This document shows positions 25,140 through 36,733 of a stretch of 64,000 nt of DNA, in pieces (positions within the stretch are counted from its first letter, which is position 1; every line of letters starts with the position of its first letter). This stretch comes from Octopus sinensis (taxonomy: Eukaryota). A program made the position numbers and the translations under genes. The DNA lies in the NCBI RefSeq assembly GCF_006345805.1, contig NC_042998.1, positions 84,258,001 through 84,322,000 of the forward strand. Direction: 5' to 3'. The notes beneath the pieces are model-generated. The model was not told the DNA's origin and ran no database searches. It saw nothing but the letters and a program-made list of their open reading frames with translations.

Positions 25140-26457
25140 CTGGAAAAAAAATAACACATTAAGTCATTTTTGGTAAATGCTATAAGGCAGCGGTAAGCTC
25201 CCCTCCCCTTCCCACAAATCTGCAACACAGTTCATTTGTTTCATGTACTAAAGCTAAGTTTGAAGAGGCCTGTGTTAATTATCATCATTTAATATTTGTT
25301 TTCCATGCTGATATGGGTTGGACAGAATGAATTCATAAAAGGTTATGAGATGTTTGGGCACAGCTGTTCTGGTGCCACTTACCTGACATCACTGATTCAA
25401 TGCTGATTTATTTGTCATCAGGCATTTTAATGTTCCTCTCACTTTCCCCCCTCTTTCTCTTTAAGGGCCTCACAGAAGCAATGACAGGAGCCTGAGACCT
25501 GTGACTGAGAAGACCTGGCAAGTAAAATGAGATCGCAGTCATGGCCAATGCCAGTGTAGCATAACCAGCCCGTTTGAGTTGGCAGGCAAGATACTGTGCT
25601 TAAGAAGACCTGTTGAGTCAAGTGAAATCGTAGTCATGGCTGATGCCAGTACCACCTGACTGGCTCCCCTTGCCAGAGACACATAAAAAGCACCATTTAA
25701 ACGCGATCAATGCCAGTGCCACCTGACTGGTTCCCATGCTCTCTCTACTGTTTGTGTGTATTTCTGTGTGTGTATGTATGTTTGCCTCCAATGCCAAAAT
25801 GAGTTGAATGTCAAGTCAGCTGTACCAAACCATTAACATCCAAATAGTTTCACCCAATCTTCTCATTCTATTATCAAAAGTAAATACAGTAAAACAAAAA
25901 AAATCATGTTAGTTGACTGTATGGAGAGAAAGAAAACAAAGCCCTCTCTAACACTCCTCCTAGCAGAGTCTCTCATCCAAGCACGAAGGGCTCTGCCTGA
26001 AAACTTAGATGTATTTGGGTTTAAGTGATACCAGGAATCAATTCTTATCCAAGGAGGTACAATAACAATTGGTAATTATTAATTGCAGAGGAAAAACACT
26101 GGTGGTAGAACACAACTGGTTCTTATTGCCAAGTGCATGATCACTATTGTCCTGAGAAACCTAATTCCGTTGTTTAATAATGCTCTTGCATCTATATTAT
26201 AACAATAAATAAACTTGACTAAATTAATCCAAACTTCACACATCCACTGGACCAATACTTGACTATGGTTTCTGTAGCAGTTAGACAAAAAACAAATCTT
26301 CCTCTTGGATAAGATACCAGTTTATAGAGATGATTTTCCCCAGAAATTCAGTTACACCACCATCTTCTCTTGAATTTTGTGATGTGTCCAAATCAGAAAT
26401 GAATATTACTGTTAATATTCAATTACAATGAAATGAAAATAAAGAGAAAGTTTTTAC

Positions 26458-26576
26458 CGTCCAAAAACTGTGTATTTCATGTTCAAATGTGGTTGCTTAT
26501 TATAAGTGATAAACCATTGAGAGCCATTGGTGTCTGGACCACTGCTAGCCATGGATACTATGCCTCGTGTGTTGTG
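26458..26576 (-). CDS. PPIL3: PPIL3 exon: [39 protein letters not shown](R)
   Basis: cttttag|..cg|gtaaaa; 119 nt. QPHLxMKYTVFG is the PPIL3-specific cyclophilin signature. Confidence 0.96.
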
Positions 26577-27341
26577 CTAAAGAAGGAAGGAGATATTTTT
26601 ACATTTTAGCAGTAATTTCTTTCAAAACCATTATTATTGTTGTTGTGGACAGGTAGAAATATTAAAGTATCAGAAGAAAAGCTTGCAGTATTTCTTCCAG
26701 CTCTTTATGTTCTGAGTTCAAATGCCTTTCATCCTTTCAGGGTTGATGAAATAAGTACCAGTTGAGTACTGGGGTTCATATAATCAACTAGCCCCGCTTC
26801 CCCCACAAAAAAAAATTCAGGCCTTGTGCCTATAATAGTAAAGGATGGCAAAGGTAGGGAGAAGGCAGAATCATTAGCATGCCAGGCAAAATGCTCGGTG
26901 TATTTCGTGTCTTTATGTTCTGTTTTCAAATTCTGCTGAGGTCGACTTTGCCTTTCATCCTTTCTGGGTCAACAAATTATGTACCAGTGAATCACTGAGG
27001 TCAATGTAATCAACTAGTCCCCTCCTCCAAAAAATTTGAGGCCTTGTGCCTTTAGTACAAAGGATTATTATTATTATTATTATTATACTAGTGTATGCTA
27101 ATTTAGTTAGTCACTATTATTATTATTACTACTACAACTACTCAGGAAGTCAATTGACAGAATCATGAGTGTGGGAAAAAATACCTTATGGTATTTGTTC
27201 CATCTCTTTACAGCCAAAATTCAGCTCCTACCAATTTCATCTTTGCTTTTCATCCTTCCAGGTTCTAAGCAAATAATAGCAGTTGGTATATGCTAAGAGA
27301 AGGTTTAGATACAAAGTGAAGGAAAATATCAGATAACAAAC

Positions 27342-27409
27342 CTTTAAACTGTCTCGGAATTCATCTTCAAATTTTCCACCCCATATACTAGTACCACCTT
27401 TGCCTGTTC
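27342..27409 (-). CDS. PPIL3: PPIL3 exon: (G)TGKGGTSIWGGKFEDEFRDSLK
   Basis: cag|..aag|gtttgt; 68 nt; phases are consistent. Confidence 0.95.
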
Positions 27410-27537
27410 CTGTTTAAGAGAATAAAAAATAAAAATATCAATTAATTTATTAGTCTGAACTAGTATCATCATGAATAGCCTACAAAATCAGCAATAATTT
27501 CCTCCATAGAAATGTTGTGTGTTACTAATGCAATTGT

Positions 27538-27770
27538 GGAGGTGTAATGACCCAGTGGTTAGGGCAGTGGACTCGCGGTCTTAGGATCACGGTTTTGATT
27601 CCCAGACCAAACATCTAAAGCTCCACAAGGCTCCAGCAGGTGGTGGTGGTGAACCCTGCTGTATTCTTTCACCACAACTTTCTCTCACTCTTTCTTCCTG
27701 TTTCTGTTGTACCTGTATTTCAAAGGGCCAGCCTTGTCACACTTTGTGTCACGCTGAATTTCCCTGAGAG
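27538..27770 (+). mobile_element. tRNA-derived SINE family D (truncated)
   Basis: Head GGAGGTGTAATGACCCAGTGGTTAGGGC..GGTTTTGATTCCC. Related body sequence at about 11480-11770(-) and 13610-13690. Confidence 0.6.
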
Positions 27771-28645
27771 GTTTCATCATTATATTAACAAGTCACTTTT
27801 CCATGCTAGCATGGGTCAGACAAAATTCATTGCAGTAGATTTTCTACAGCAAAATGATCTTCCTGTCACCAACATTCATGTTTCCAAGCAAGGAAAATAT
27901 CATGTCAAGACATATTTTCATAGAAGAATGAAAACAAATATTACCGTTTGTGTGATAGCGGAATTTGTTTACAATGTCAAGACAAGAACACATATATATG
28001 ATGTACTTGTTTTTGATTTCCACCAACCAAAATCATTCCCAAGGCTTTGGTTGGCACTAGGATATAGTTAAAGAGGTCTGCCCATTTTAAGAGATCATGT
28101 GATGGAACTGAACTTCTTAAAAACCAAACAACCACATCTGCACCTACAATATCATCATCGTTTACAGTGTGTGCTCAACACTACATTGATGGATACATAT
28201 TCTTTATTTGTGGATTAACAAGACAACCAATGGTTTCATGTATATTCTTCTCCACACTACAAATAAAGTACACATATATACCATCATCAACACGTAGCAT
28301 TCGTTTTTCAATGATGGCAGGAGTTGGATGCTCTGGTGAGTCTCAAGGCTGCATCAAGCTCCAGTGTTAGCTTTGGCATGGTTTCTACAGCTGGCTGTCC
28401 TTCCCAACACCAACTACTTTAGTGAGTACTGGGTGCTTTTTTTCACGCTGCCAACACTAGTGAGGTTGCCAAGTAACTTGAAAGACAAAAAAAGAACAGA
28501 AAGGAAGGAATGTCTATATGTGTGTGTATAACACTTGAATATAACTGGAAATTAGGCCAATCATGAAAGTATTAAACACAAAAACATGAAAGACAGAATG
28601 AAGCACAGAAGAAAGAAATATTTATTCTGTTCACTTAACACTAAC

Positions 28646-28739
28646 CAGTTGGGTCACCAGTTTGAACCATGAAATCTTTAATGTTCCGATGAAATATGCA
28701 GCCATTGTAGTAGTCTTGAGCGCATAAGGCTAGAAAATT
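28646..28739 (-). CDS. PPIL3: PPIL3 exon: [31 protein letters not shown]
   Basis: cag|..g|gttagt; 94 nt. Contains the catalytic R55-equivalent (FHR) and F60/M61/Q63 equivalents. Confidence 0.96.
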
Positions 28740-30442
28740 CTGGAAAAGAAATATATTTAGAAAATAATGGGTTTTGTTGAAGCAGGATAGAATAAAGTAC
28801 CTTGTAGGATCATTCTTTTCTATGACAAGATTTGGATTGTACACTACATGTTAATGGAAATCTTTTCAATTATATGTTGCTCTAGAGAGTACAGTATTCC
28901 ATAAATACTTATAGTTTTAATATAATAACTCAGATAGAAAGTGTTTGACAAGGCTGGACCTTTGTATTATTAGTGCAGTTCATTCATTAAGCTTCAACTG
29001 TGTTTCCATATATTCAATTTCATTTACAAAGCTTGAGTCATCCCAAGGCAATGATATAAGACACTCACACAAGGTGCAGTGCAATGAGATCAAATTCATG
29101 ATAGCCCAGTGAATTTAACAACTCAACCATGACTATACCAATGGCAAAGGAACACAATAATTACCAGCACAAATTCAATATCTGGTTCTGTAAACAGTGT
29201 ACCATCTTTGAAATCAGTTACACAAAAATAAAACTATATTGATATGAAATACATATAAAACACATACACTCACACACATATTTAAGCAATGAAAGGTAGA
29301 AGTCAAGAGAAAAAATTCCTGCAAGATAAAAATATGATACCATGGAGAGGAGATTTTAAAGTATCATGTGCCATGGCTGGATTTCTCTGGTTCAGCCTCT
29401 AGATGTAACAAAAGTTAAAGAACCAGTCATCACTTGCAAAGGAGTATGGCTTGATAACATATCCCATGCTTTTGCTCATTTTTAGGTGCCTATGTAACTG
29501 TGAGCAGACATAGATATCCTCTCAAGTCTCCAAGCGCCCCACTTTTTGACCCAGCAGCACAGCCAGGGTGTTACAGTTTGAAGATGAGAAAGCTGCACCA
29601 ACATTCAGCTAGTACACATTTTCAACTGAATAGATTGGAGCAACATGAAAGGAAGAGCCTTGCTCAAGGACACTGCTTCCTTCTCCAGGAATTGAACCCA
29701 TGACGTTATGATCATGAGCCAAACACCCTAACCACTAACTCATGCATCTTCACTTAACAAAGGTAATTTAACCCTTGAGCATTTAAAATAGCTAAATCAG
29801 GCTCAAATATTCTACTTGCTTATTGTTCAAACCAACCAAATTCAGCCTCTCACAACTACCCTACAATGTCAATGTAAAACAGCCCATTTAAGAGATCCCT
29901 TCAATCATTGGGCAATATGTTTTGCATGAGAAGAATTGTTGAGTGAAGTGAAATCGTTGTCATGGCCAATACCACCTGGCTGGCACACGTGCTGGTGGCA
30001 CATAAAAAGCACCATTCAAATGTGGTCAATGCCAGTGCCACCTGACTGGCTCCCATGGCAGTGGCATGTAAAAAGCACCATTCAAGCATGGTCAATGCCA
30101 GTGCACCAGACTGGCCCCACTACACTCTCGGAGTGGTTGGCACTAGCAAGGGCATCCAGCTGTAGAAACCTTGCCAGATCATATTGGAGCCTGGTGCAGC
30201 CTCCTGGCTTACCAGTCCTCAATCAAACCGTCCAACTCATGCCAGCATGGAAAGCAGGCGTTAAATGATGAAGTTACAGGATAATGCATGATTAATTCAA
30301 AACATAAATAAATTAGCATTACATTCAACAGAGGAATCTAGATGCTAAAGGGTTAATGAGATTTTAATAAGCAGGCATGAATTTACAAATAAATAAAAAC
30401 AAATTACAAATAAATTGTAATAAATCTGGAAATTATCTTTAC

Positions 30443-30517
30443 CTCACAAGCTTTAGGAACTTGTTCACAGAATAGTTCAATCTTAACTGGACCTACATCA
30501 GTATGAACTGTAACAGA
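30443..30517 (-). CDS. PPIL3: PPIL3 exon: SVTVHTDVGPVKIELFCEQVPKACE
   Basis: ttttgcag|..gag|gtaaag; 75 nt. Matches human SVTLHTDVGDIKIEVFCERTPKTCE. Confidence 0.95.
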
Positions 30518-32336
30518 CTGCAAAACAAAAATGATTCACTGAATCTTCAGTATTTAAGTTTTACCACCAACACCATCTCACACTTATATTCAGATTCATA
30601 CTCTGGTAATAAACGGTTTAGCAATTCATTGTCATCATTTACATCTGTTTTCCATGCTAGCATGGGTTAGACAGTTTGAGAGGAGTTGGCCAGCCAGAGA
30701 GCTGCCCAGGCCCCAACTGCCTGTTTTGGCATGGTCTCTATGGCTGGATGCTCTTAACATCAACCACTTTACAAAGTGTACTGTGTGCTTTTATGTGGCA
30801 CAGGCATGGGTGCTTTCTACATGGCACCAGCACAGGTGCTTTATATGTGACACCAGCAAGGGTACTTCATATGTGGAATCAGCTTGGGTGCTTTCAACAT
30901 GGCACTGGCAAGAATGCTTCTTACCTGACATCAGCAAGGGTGCTTTTTACGTGACACTGAAATGGGTGTTTTTTCACCTGGCACCAGCACCTGCAAGCCC
31001 ACAAGATAAGGACTTTGAATTATATTTTCTGTTATTTAGATATGTAAAATTTCTCCTTCTACTCAATGTTTCAGTAAACAATATTCAAGAATTAACCAAT
31101 AAAAGGAAAAGATTCCACAAGAATTTGATTCGTGAATGTTTGGTAAATGATAAATTCTTTGATGCACAACATGTTCCAACTTTGGAAATATGCATACAAT
31201 TCAAACATATTTTACAGTTTTTAAATTCTTCAAAATAACTATCTTTCAAATGTTTATAATTACTTAAAACATATCACCTCTCAATTAGATTTCAAATACA
31301 TTGATTCGATAAATTGTTAGTCTATATATATATCGCACGATTACAAGTGAAGAGAAAGAGATTGACATTCATCTCTTAACAAGGGGGGCGAAAATTTTAA
31401 AATAGTAGTTTCATGGGAAAGGAAAAGAGGAGGGAAGTAGGGAGGGACAAAAATGCTTACAAAAACGCTTGAACTTTTTAAAATAATATAGTCTCAGAAT
31501 CGTAATTTCGGTTGCAGGAAACAGAATGAAAGACAAAATCTATGGAACTTTGAGGGGCAGCTATTCCAAAACTCCGCCAAAAAAAGGCATGTGGAATAAA
31601 CACATGAAGCATATGCTCAGAATATTAGCCCTCTCTTCTTGCAAATTATGACCATATATTTTGGTGAAAAGTCTAGGGTTTTTTTTTTTTAACTAAACAC
31701 TTTGAAACTTCGGATAATGGTAGAATGTGTCACGTAGAACTTATATTATCAACCCCGAAAGGATGAAAGGCAACGTCGACAAATCATTTTGTCCGGCGTG
31801 CTAACGATTCTGCCAGCTCGCCGCCTTAATACAGTTTCTAGTAATACCTTATGAGAATAGAATGGTAAACACTTTCAAGCCTGTCTTTCACCTTTAAAAA
31901 ATAATTAAATACCTGCTTGGATATTATTAATACAGGTCAGGTTTTTAACTAAATTGCATTATAGTTATTGCAAAACGGTACACATAAAATACAGTTAAGA
32001 AAAAATAATACAAAAACCGTGTCTTAGCGAGTGTATATCTAATAGAGCGAACGGGACACCTGGTTAACGTTGTCTCAGCTCCCAAAGAACAGAGTTAACA
32101 GCTAGGTTTCGATTCCTATTTGTAGCAATTTCACATCTATTAATTCGCTATTTAATACCTTTTTACCCCTTTCAGTAACGCATGAATTCCGCATAATCTT
32201 CCTAAACCCGTCTTATGTATTAATATCCATGTAATGGGGTTATTTTGTAAATAAGAAATTGATCCCTCAATATATTAAAATAGGTCCTACCTAATATTAA
32301 ATCACACATAAATCAGGAATGCAATTTTATACTGAC

Positions 32337-32339
32337 CAT
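32337..32339 (-). CDS. PPIL3: PPIL3 start codon, the only coding triplet of the first coding exon (ATG|gtcagt)
   Basis: Minus strand reads gagacATG|gtcagtat, a strong donor in phase 0. The six exons total 486 nt = 161 aa + stop. Alternative ATG|gtgag sites exist at 32556-32558 and 32587-32589. Confidence 0.5.
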
Positions 32340-32489
32340 GTCTCCAAAATGATGTTTGAAGTAAAAAAAAATACTTTCGTTTCCTATTATTATTTATTTC
32401 TAATAATTAGAGGGAGATAACTGCTCAGTTATACCAGACGTAACTAGTTTATATTTTAACAATATTTTATTAACTAGTTATGTCTGGCA

Positions 32490-32680
32490 TAACGGATTCC
32501 GCGGGGGGGAAAAGAGAAAATAGTTCGGCATCCAAAGTCAGATCTCGCTCCTCACCATTACGGTGCGACCTCCGCATCAGTCTCACCATCACCCGCGGCA
32601 ACGCTGCAAGCGTGCGGGTGTGTCTCAATAGCTATTAGAGAGGTTTCCCAGCGCCCCCAACTTTTCAACCCAAGGTGGTA
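32490..32680 (-). promoter_or_regulatory. CpG-rich patch, probable PPIL3 promoter/TSS region
   Basis: Local GC/CpG enrichment (ccgcgggggg, cgcggcaacgctgcaagcgtgcggg) immediately upstream of the PPIL3 start in an AT-rich background. Confidence 0.5.
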
Positions 32681-34800
32681 AATTGTTTTGGGTTTTTTTT
32701 CTTCCTTTTCTCTTTTTAGGTGGCAAATATGCTTCACGATTCCGTACTGCTACTGTTTACGTTTCGCTCAGATATTATTTATTGCTTGTTTCTCCTTTTT
32801 TGAGATAAGCGAAAGTTTGTCACTGGAAAAAGATTATAGTATTTTGCGTTTGGTTTGAGCTCTCATCGACAGCTGGTGACTGTCATATTGCTGATGACGG
32901 GTTTACTATTCAGAAACTCGGATCTGTGTGTATCACGTGAGGCTAGAGATGGGAATGATAATTTCCCTTCGCAAATACTAATTGGATACAGACAGTGTGT
33001 CGTTAGCCAGCTGGAGGAGATGTCTTCCTGGGGCTATAATCAACAGTAGCATCGTCCCCTGTGGGTCCGCCACATTTAGGTGGCAAATATACTTCACGGT
33101 TCCGTGCTTTCTACTGTTTACATCACGCTCAGAGAAAATATCTGAAGTTGGTACTTTTGGGTTATCTCCTCACTAAAATATTGAGTTTATGTGGTGACAA
33201 GAGACTGAATTAAAATGGTTAGATTCTTTTGATTCAGTATTTCAACACATTGTTGATTTTTGGCCTCCTCAATGGGCATGGTATGATTTGTTGTAAAAAT
33301 GTTATTAGATTCAATAAGATAATTAATTTTTTCTGTTTCCATGTTTATTAATTATTTTCATTTTTTTTTGTTTTGTTTTATCGAGGGTTAAACAATTTTT
33401 TTTTAGTTGGAGGAGAACCCAATTTCTTAATGGGGGTGAAATAACCAAAAAGTGCCGACTTCAGATATTTTCTTTGAAACCGAAGGTTTTTTCATGCCCC
33501 CCCCCCATATATGGACTCTAATGTCTAAGGGGGCCCACTTTCCATCGGGCAAGCTGGCAACCTGGCCGCGAAATTTTTTCCCACGAGAGTTCCGGACCCC
33601 AGTTATGGGCCATTTGCATACAACCAATCAAAGCTCAACTATCAAACTAATTTATGAGCGCATAACAAGTGATGGGCGATATGTTAAGGTCACTTGGATA
33701 AGGAATGACAAGAAACAGATTGGGTTTATTTACATTTCTGAAGAAAACAAGATACCCTTCCCCCCACCCTTAACCCTAACCCTAACTCTAAAACAGATTG
33801 AAATGCAATAGATCGATACTAGGGTGACAATTTCATATGACACCGCTAGAAAAACTGCCGTACAAACCGAAAAGATCCGAAACAAGTAAAAGGGGATAAA
33901 AACGAAAAAATAACCAAAAAATACAACCGAGGGGGTTTTGCCCACTTTCACACTTTAACTATGGGAGCTTTGTCGGAAGGGGTTTTGTACTAGAGACTTT
34001 TGTCCGGATCCCAATGGACATACCCGCTACAAGATTTTCTGGACCCTAGTAGCTGTTATATTTCCTTTGGAACTATAAATTACCAATACAGTTCATTTCC
34101 TAACCGAAGTTAAATTTGTATTTCCTGTTGACTAATGGCAAAATTAAATGAGATTTAACATGCGAAAATATATTTCTCAAATAGCAGCGAACTTTCTCCG
34201 ACTAAATAAAAAAAATTAATAGGGGTTAATCAACCGAAATCATATTTCTTGAACAAAAGTTAGCTTTCTTCAGCTATTTTCTTTCTTTAAAAGCGTCGTT
34301 ACGCCCTATATTTCTTCTTTTATGATTCCATTTGCATCTTGACTGCCTTATTAGACTATGTCGATCTGTTTGGTTAGCACCTTCTTTCCAATTACCAATT
34401 CCACGTCTTAAGGGGAGAAGTCGGAATCCGTAGTTGTTTAGTCGCGTATTATCTTTAGTTTCTATTTCATAACAAGAAGATACTTTCTTTTTTTCTTCGT
34501 TTCTAACACGTTTTTTATTCCTTTTATTTATTTATTTGTTTTTTGTTGTTGTTTTTTTTTGCATTGACATCTTTTTATTCTGTTGCTATTGACGAAAGTA
34601 ACATTTTGTTGGAAAGGGTGGAATCACTAACCGGAATTACACTAATTTCTTTTCTATTTTACCATAAAAATTAAATAGAATATTTTTTAACGTTCAAAGT
34701 ACCATAAGCTTTAATTTTATTTGTAAATTATTGAATCAACACGTTAATCGTAATTAAAGTAGATCATACGAAGCAACGGCTTTCTATAATATTATAAATC

Positions 34801-34853
34801 AGCAGCGCGCAATTTAAAAGTGAATCTGTGATAATCATTCATTATCGGTAAGT
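34801..34853 (+). promoter_or_regulatory. Candidate CIP2A core promoter and short non-coding exon 1
   Basis: GCGCGC (34805-10) then TTTAAA (34813-18), then a consensus donor cg|GTAAGT at 34848. CCAAT pair at 34388-34399. The first coding exon has an acceptor at 41173, so an upstream exon is required. Confidence 0.35.
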
Positions 34854-35444
34854 TTACAAATGTTTGTTCATCCTTCTTCAATAATCATTGTTATTATTGT
34901 TCCTTATTTAATATCGTACAGGATTACTATAGCTTTAGTAAATCCCACTGGCTTTTTTTTTTGAACCGTTGATGGCGGAAATTAGTTGTTTATTTAAAAG
35001 TTTGTTTCGGTCTAAATTCCGCTAGATAGTTAACTTGACAAAAAGCACTTAATTATAACATAAGATGATAATGTTTGACGTTCATGCCTTTCTGAAGAAA
35101 AGGTTATTTGTGTTTATTGCAATCATTTTATTGTTCCAACATTTTCTAGTGATATAAAAACATTTCAGAGTTGCACAAGTTTGACCAGTTGTGTACTACT
35201 AGCGAACTGTGGTCCCGCTGCGCGCACACACGTATCCGCGCTAGCTAGTCGTAAGTGCTCGATCCTAAATAATTTTTTATACTAAGTAAATAAATTATTT
35301 TTATAAACAAAGGTTAGGGTTAGGGTTAAAAAGTCCTAACCGCTAAGTTACGGGGACGTAAACACACCAGCATCGGTTGTCAAGCGATGTTGGGGGGACA
35401 AACACAGACACAAACATATATACACACACAAATACATATATATA

Positions 35445-36733
35445 CGAGGGGCGTTCAATAAGTAATGCCCCTGACCCACTTCCCATAGCAGTAGAGCAAC
35501 GAAACTTGGCACAGTTATTAGTCTTTTTCTACATATGAACCACCCAGAGTTACGCATTTCTCCCATTGTTTGATGCAGCTCTGGAGACCGTTTTTGTAGA
35601 AGACTCCAGCTTGGTCCTCCAACCTGAACGTGACTTCAGAAATCAAGGCTGCATCATCTGGGAAACGCTTTCCTTTCAAAAACAACTTCATGACTGGGAA
35701 GAGGTGAAAATCAGAGGGTGCAAGGTCAGGAAAGTAGGGGGATGGGGGAGGAGTTCATAGCCATACGCCTGTGCTTCTGATCTGGCGACAAGCGAGTTGT
35801 GGACCGGAGCGTTGTCCTGCAGGAGGAGGATGTCTTTGCTGATCTTGCCCCGCCTCTTGATTTTGATAACTTCTCTTAATTTCCTCAAAAGTGAAGCATA
35901 ATAGGCTCCTGCAATTGTGGTACCCTTTGCCAGGAAATCTATCATCACTACTCCGTCCTGGTCCCAGAAGACTGTGAGCATGACTTGCCAGCGGAGGACT
36001 GCACCCTTGCCTTCTTTGGAGGGGGTGAGTCACGGTGCTTCCACTGCATTGACTGGGCTTTGGTCTCTGGATGATCGTGATGGACCCAGGTTTCATCCTG
36101 TATAATCAGTCTTTTGAAAAATTTTGAGTCATCTTCTTGGCACATCTCCAAATTCACCCTCGAGCACTCGACGCATTCTTGCTTCTGGAAAGGCATGAGC
36201 AACCTGGGAATCCATCTGGCAGACACCTTTTGCATATGCAAATGGTCATGAATGATAGTTTCCACAGACCCGGTACTAATCTTGACCTCATGGGCTATTT
36301 GGCGAATAATTATGCGTCGATCTTCCAAAATGGCAGCCTCAACTTGACGGACAGATGCCTCATCAATGGCAGAAGGGGCGACCAGATCTGGGATCTGTTT
36401 CCACAGAGTTCCGACCATGTTTGAATTCACGATGCCAGCGTTTTACAAGGTCATATGATGGGGCATCATCACCATAAGTTACTTTCATTTCATCAAAAGT
36501 CTCCCGTGGTGTGCGTCCTTTCAAATACAAAAACCGGATCACTGCTCGACACTCAACAGGCTCCATTTCACACTTGACTCGGTTCAAACACCTGTAAATC
36601 AGAAACCACAATTAATTCAGAGCTGTAATTTACCACTTACTCTATAGAGATATAAATGATTGCACATGCAAAATTTCAGCTAGATCAAACAACTGCAAGT
36701 GGGTCAGAGGCATTACTTATTGAACGTCCCTCG
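35445..36733 (-). mobile_element. Full-length (1289 bp) mariner, irritans/Himar1-like
   Basis: TA|CGAGGGGCGTTCAATAAGTAATGC ... GCATTACTTATTGAACGTCCCTCG|TA: near-perfect TIRs and TA TSD. Inserted in the (TA)n tract of a family-A SINE. Confidence 0.95.
35518..36566 (-). pseudogene. Frameshifted mariner D,D34D transposase
   Basis: MEPVECRAVIRFLYLKG..RSGRP, KVSARWIPRLL, IQDETWVHH, VFWDQDG, LQDNAPVH, HPP(Y)xPDLAPSDF, stop TAA at 35518-20. Split across several reading frames. Confidence 0.92.

Noticed and set aside
27538-27612. tRNA gene candidates (also 24362, 32050-32130, 62073)
   Set aside because: A/B-box-like heads continue into multicopy SINE bodies and do not fold as complete cloverleaves by eye.
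30654-31238. 194-aa ORF and similar MLAWV.. ORFs (13781, 29936, 48894, 63295)
   Set aside because: Chance open frames through family-C repeats.
32855-33075. Possible snRNA, 7SK, RNase MRP or small ORF
   Set aside because: No conserved motifs of those RNAs were recognised; better explained as a decayed fold-back element.
33770-35329. Telomere-like TTAACCCTAACCCTAAC (33770-86) and its inverse (35313-29)
   Set aside because: Only about 2.5 units, each within apparent repeat elements; insufficient for an interstitial telomere or a telomerase RNA template.
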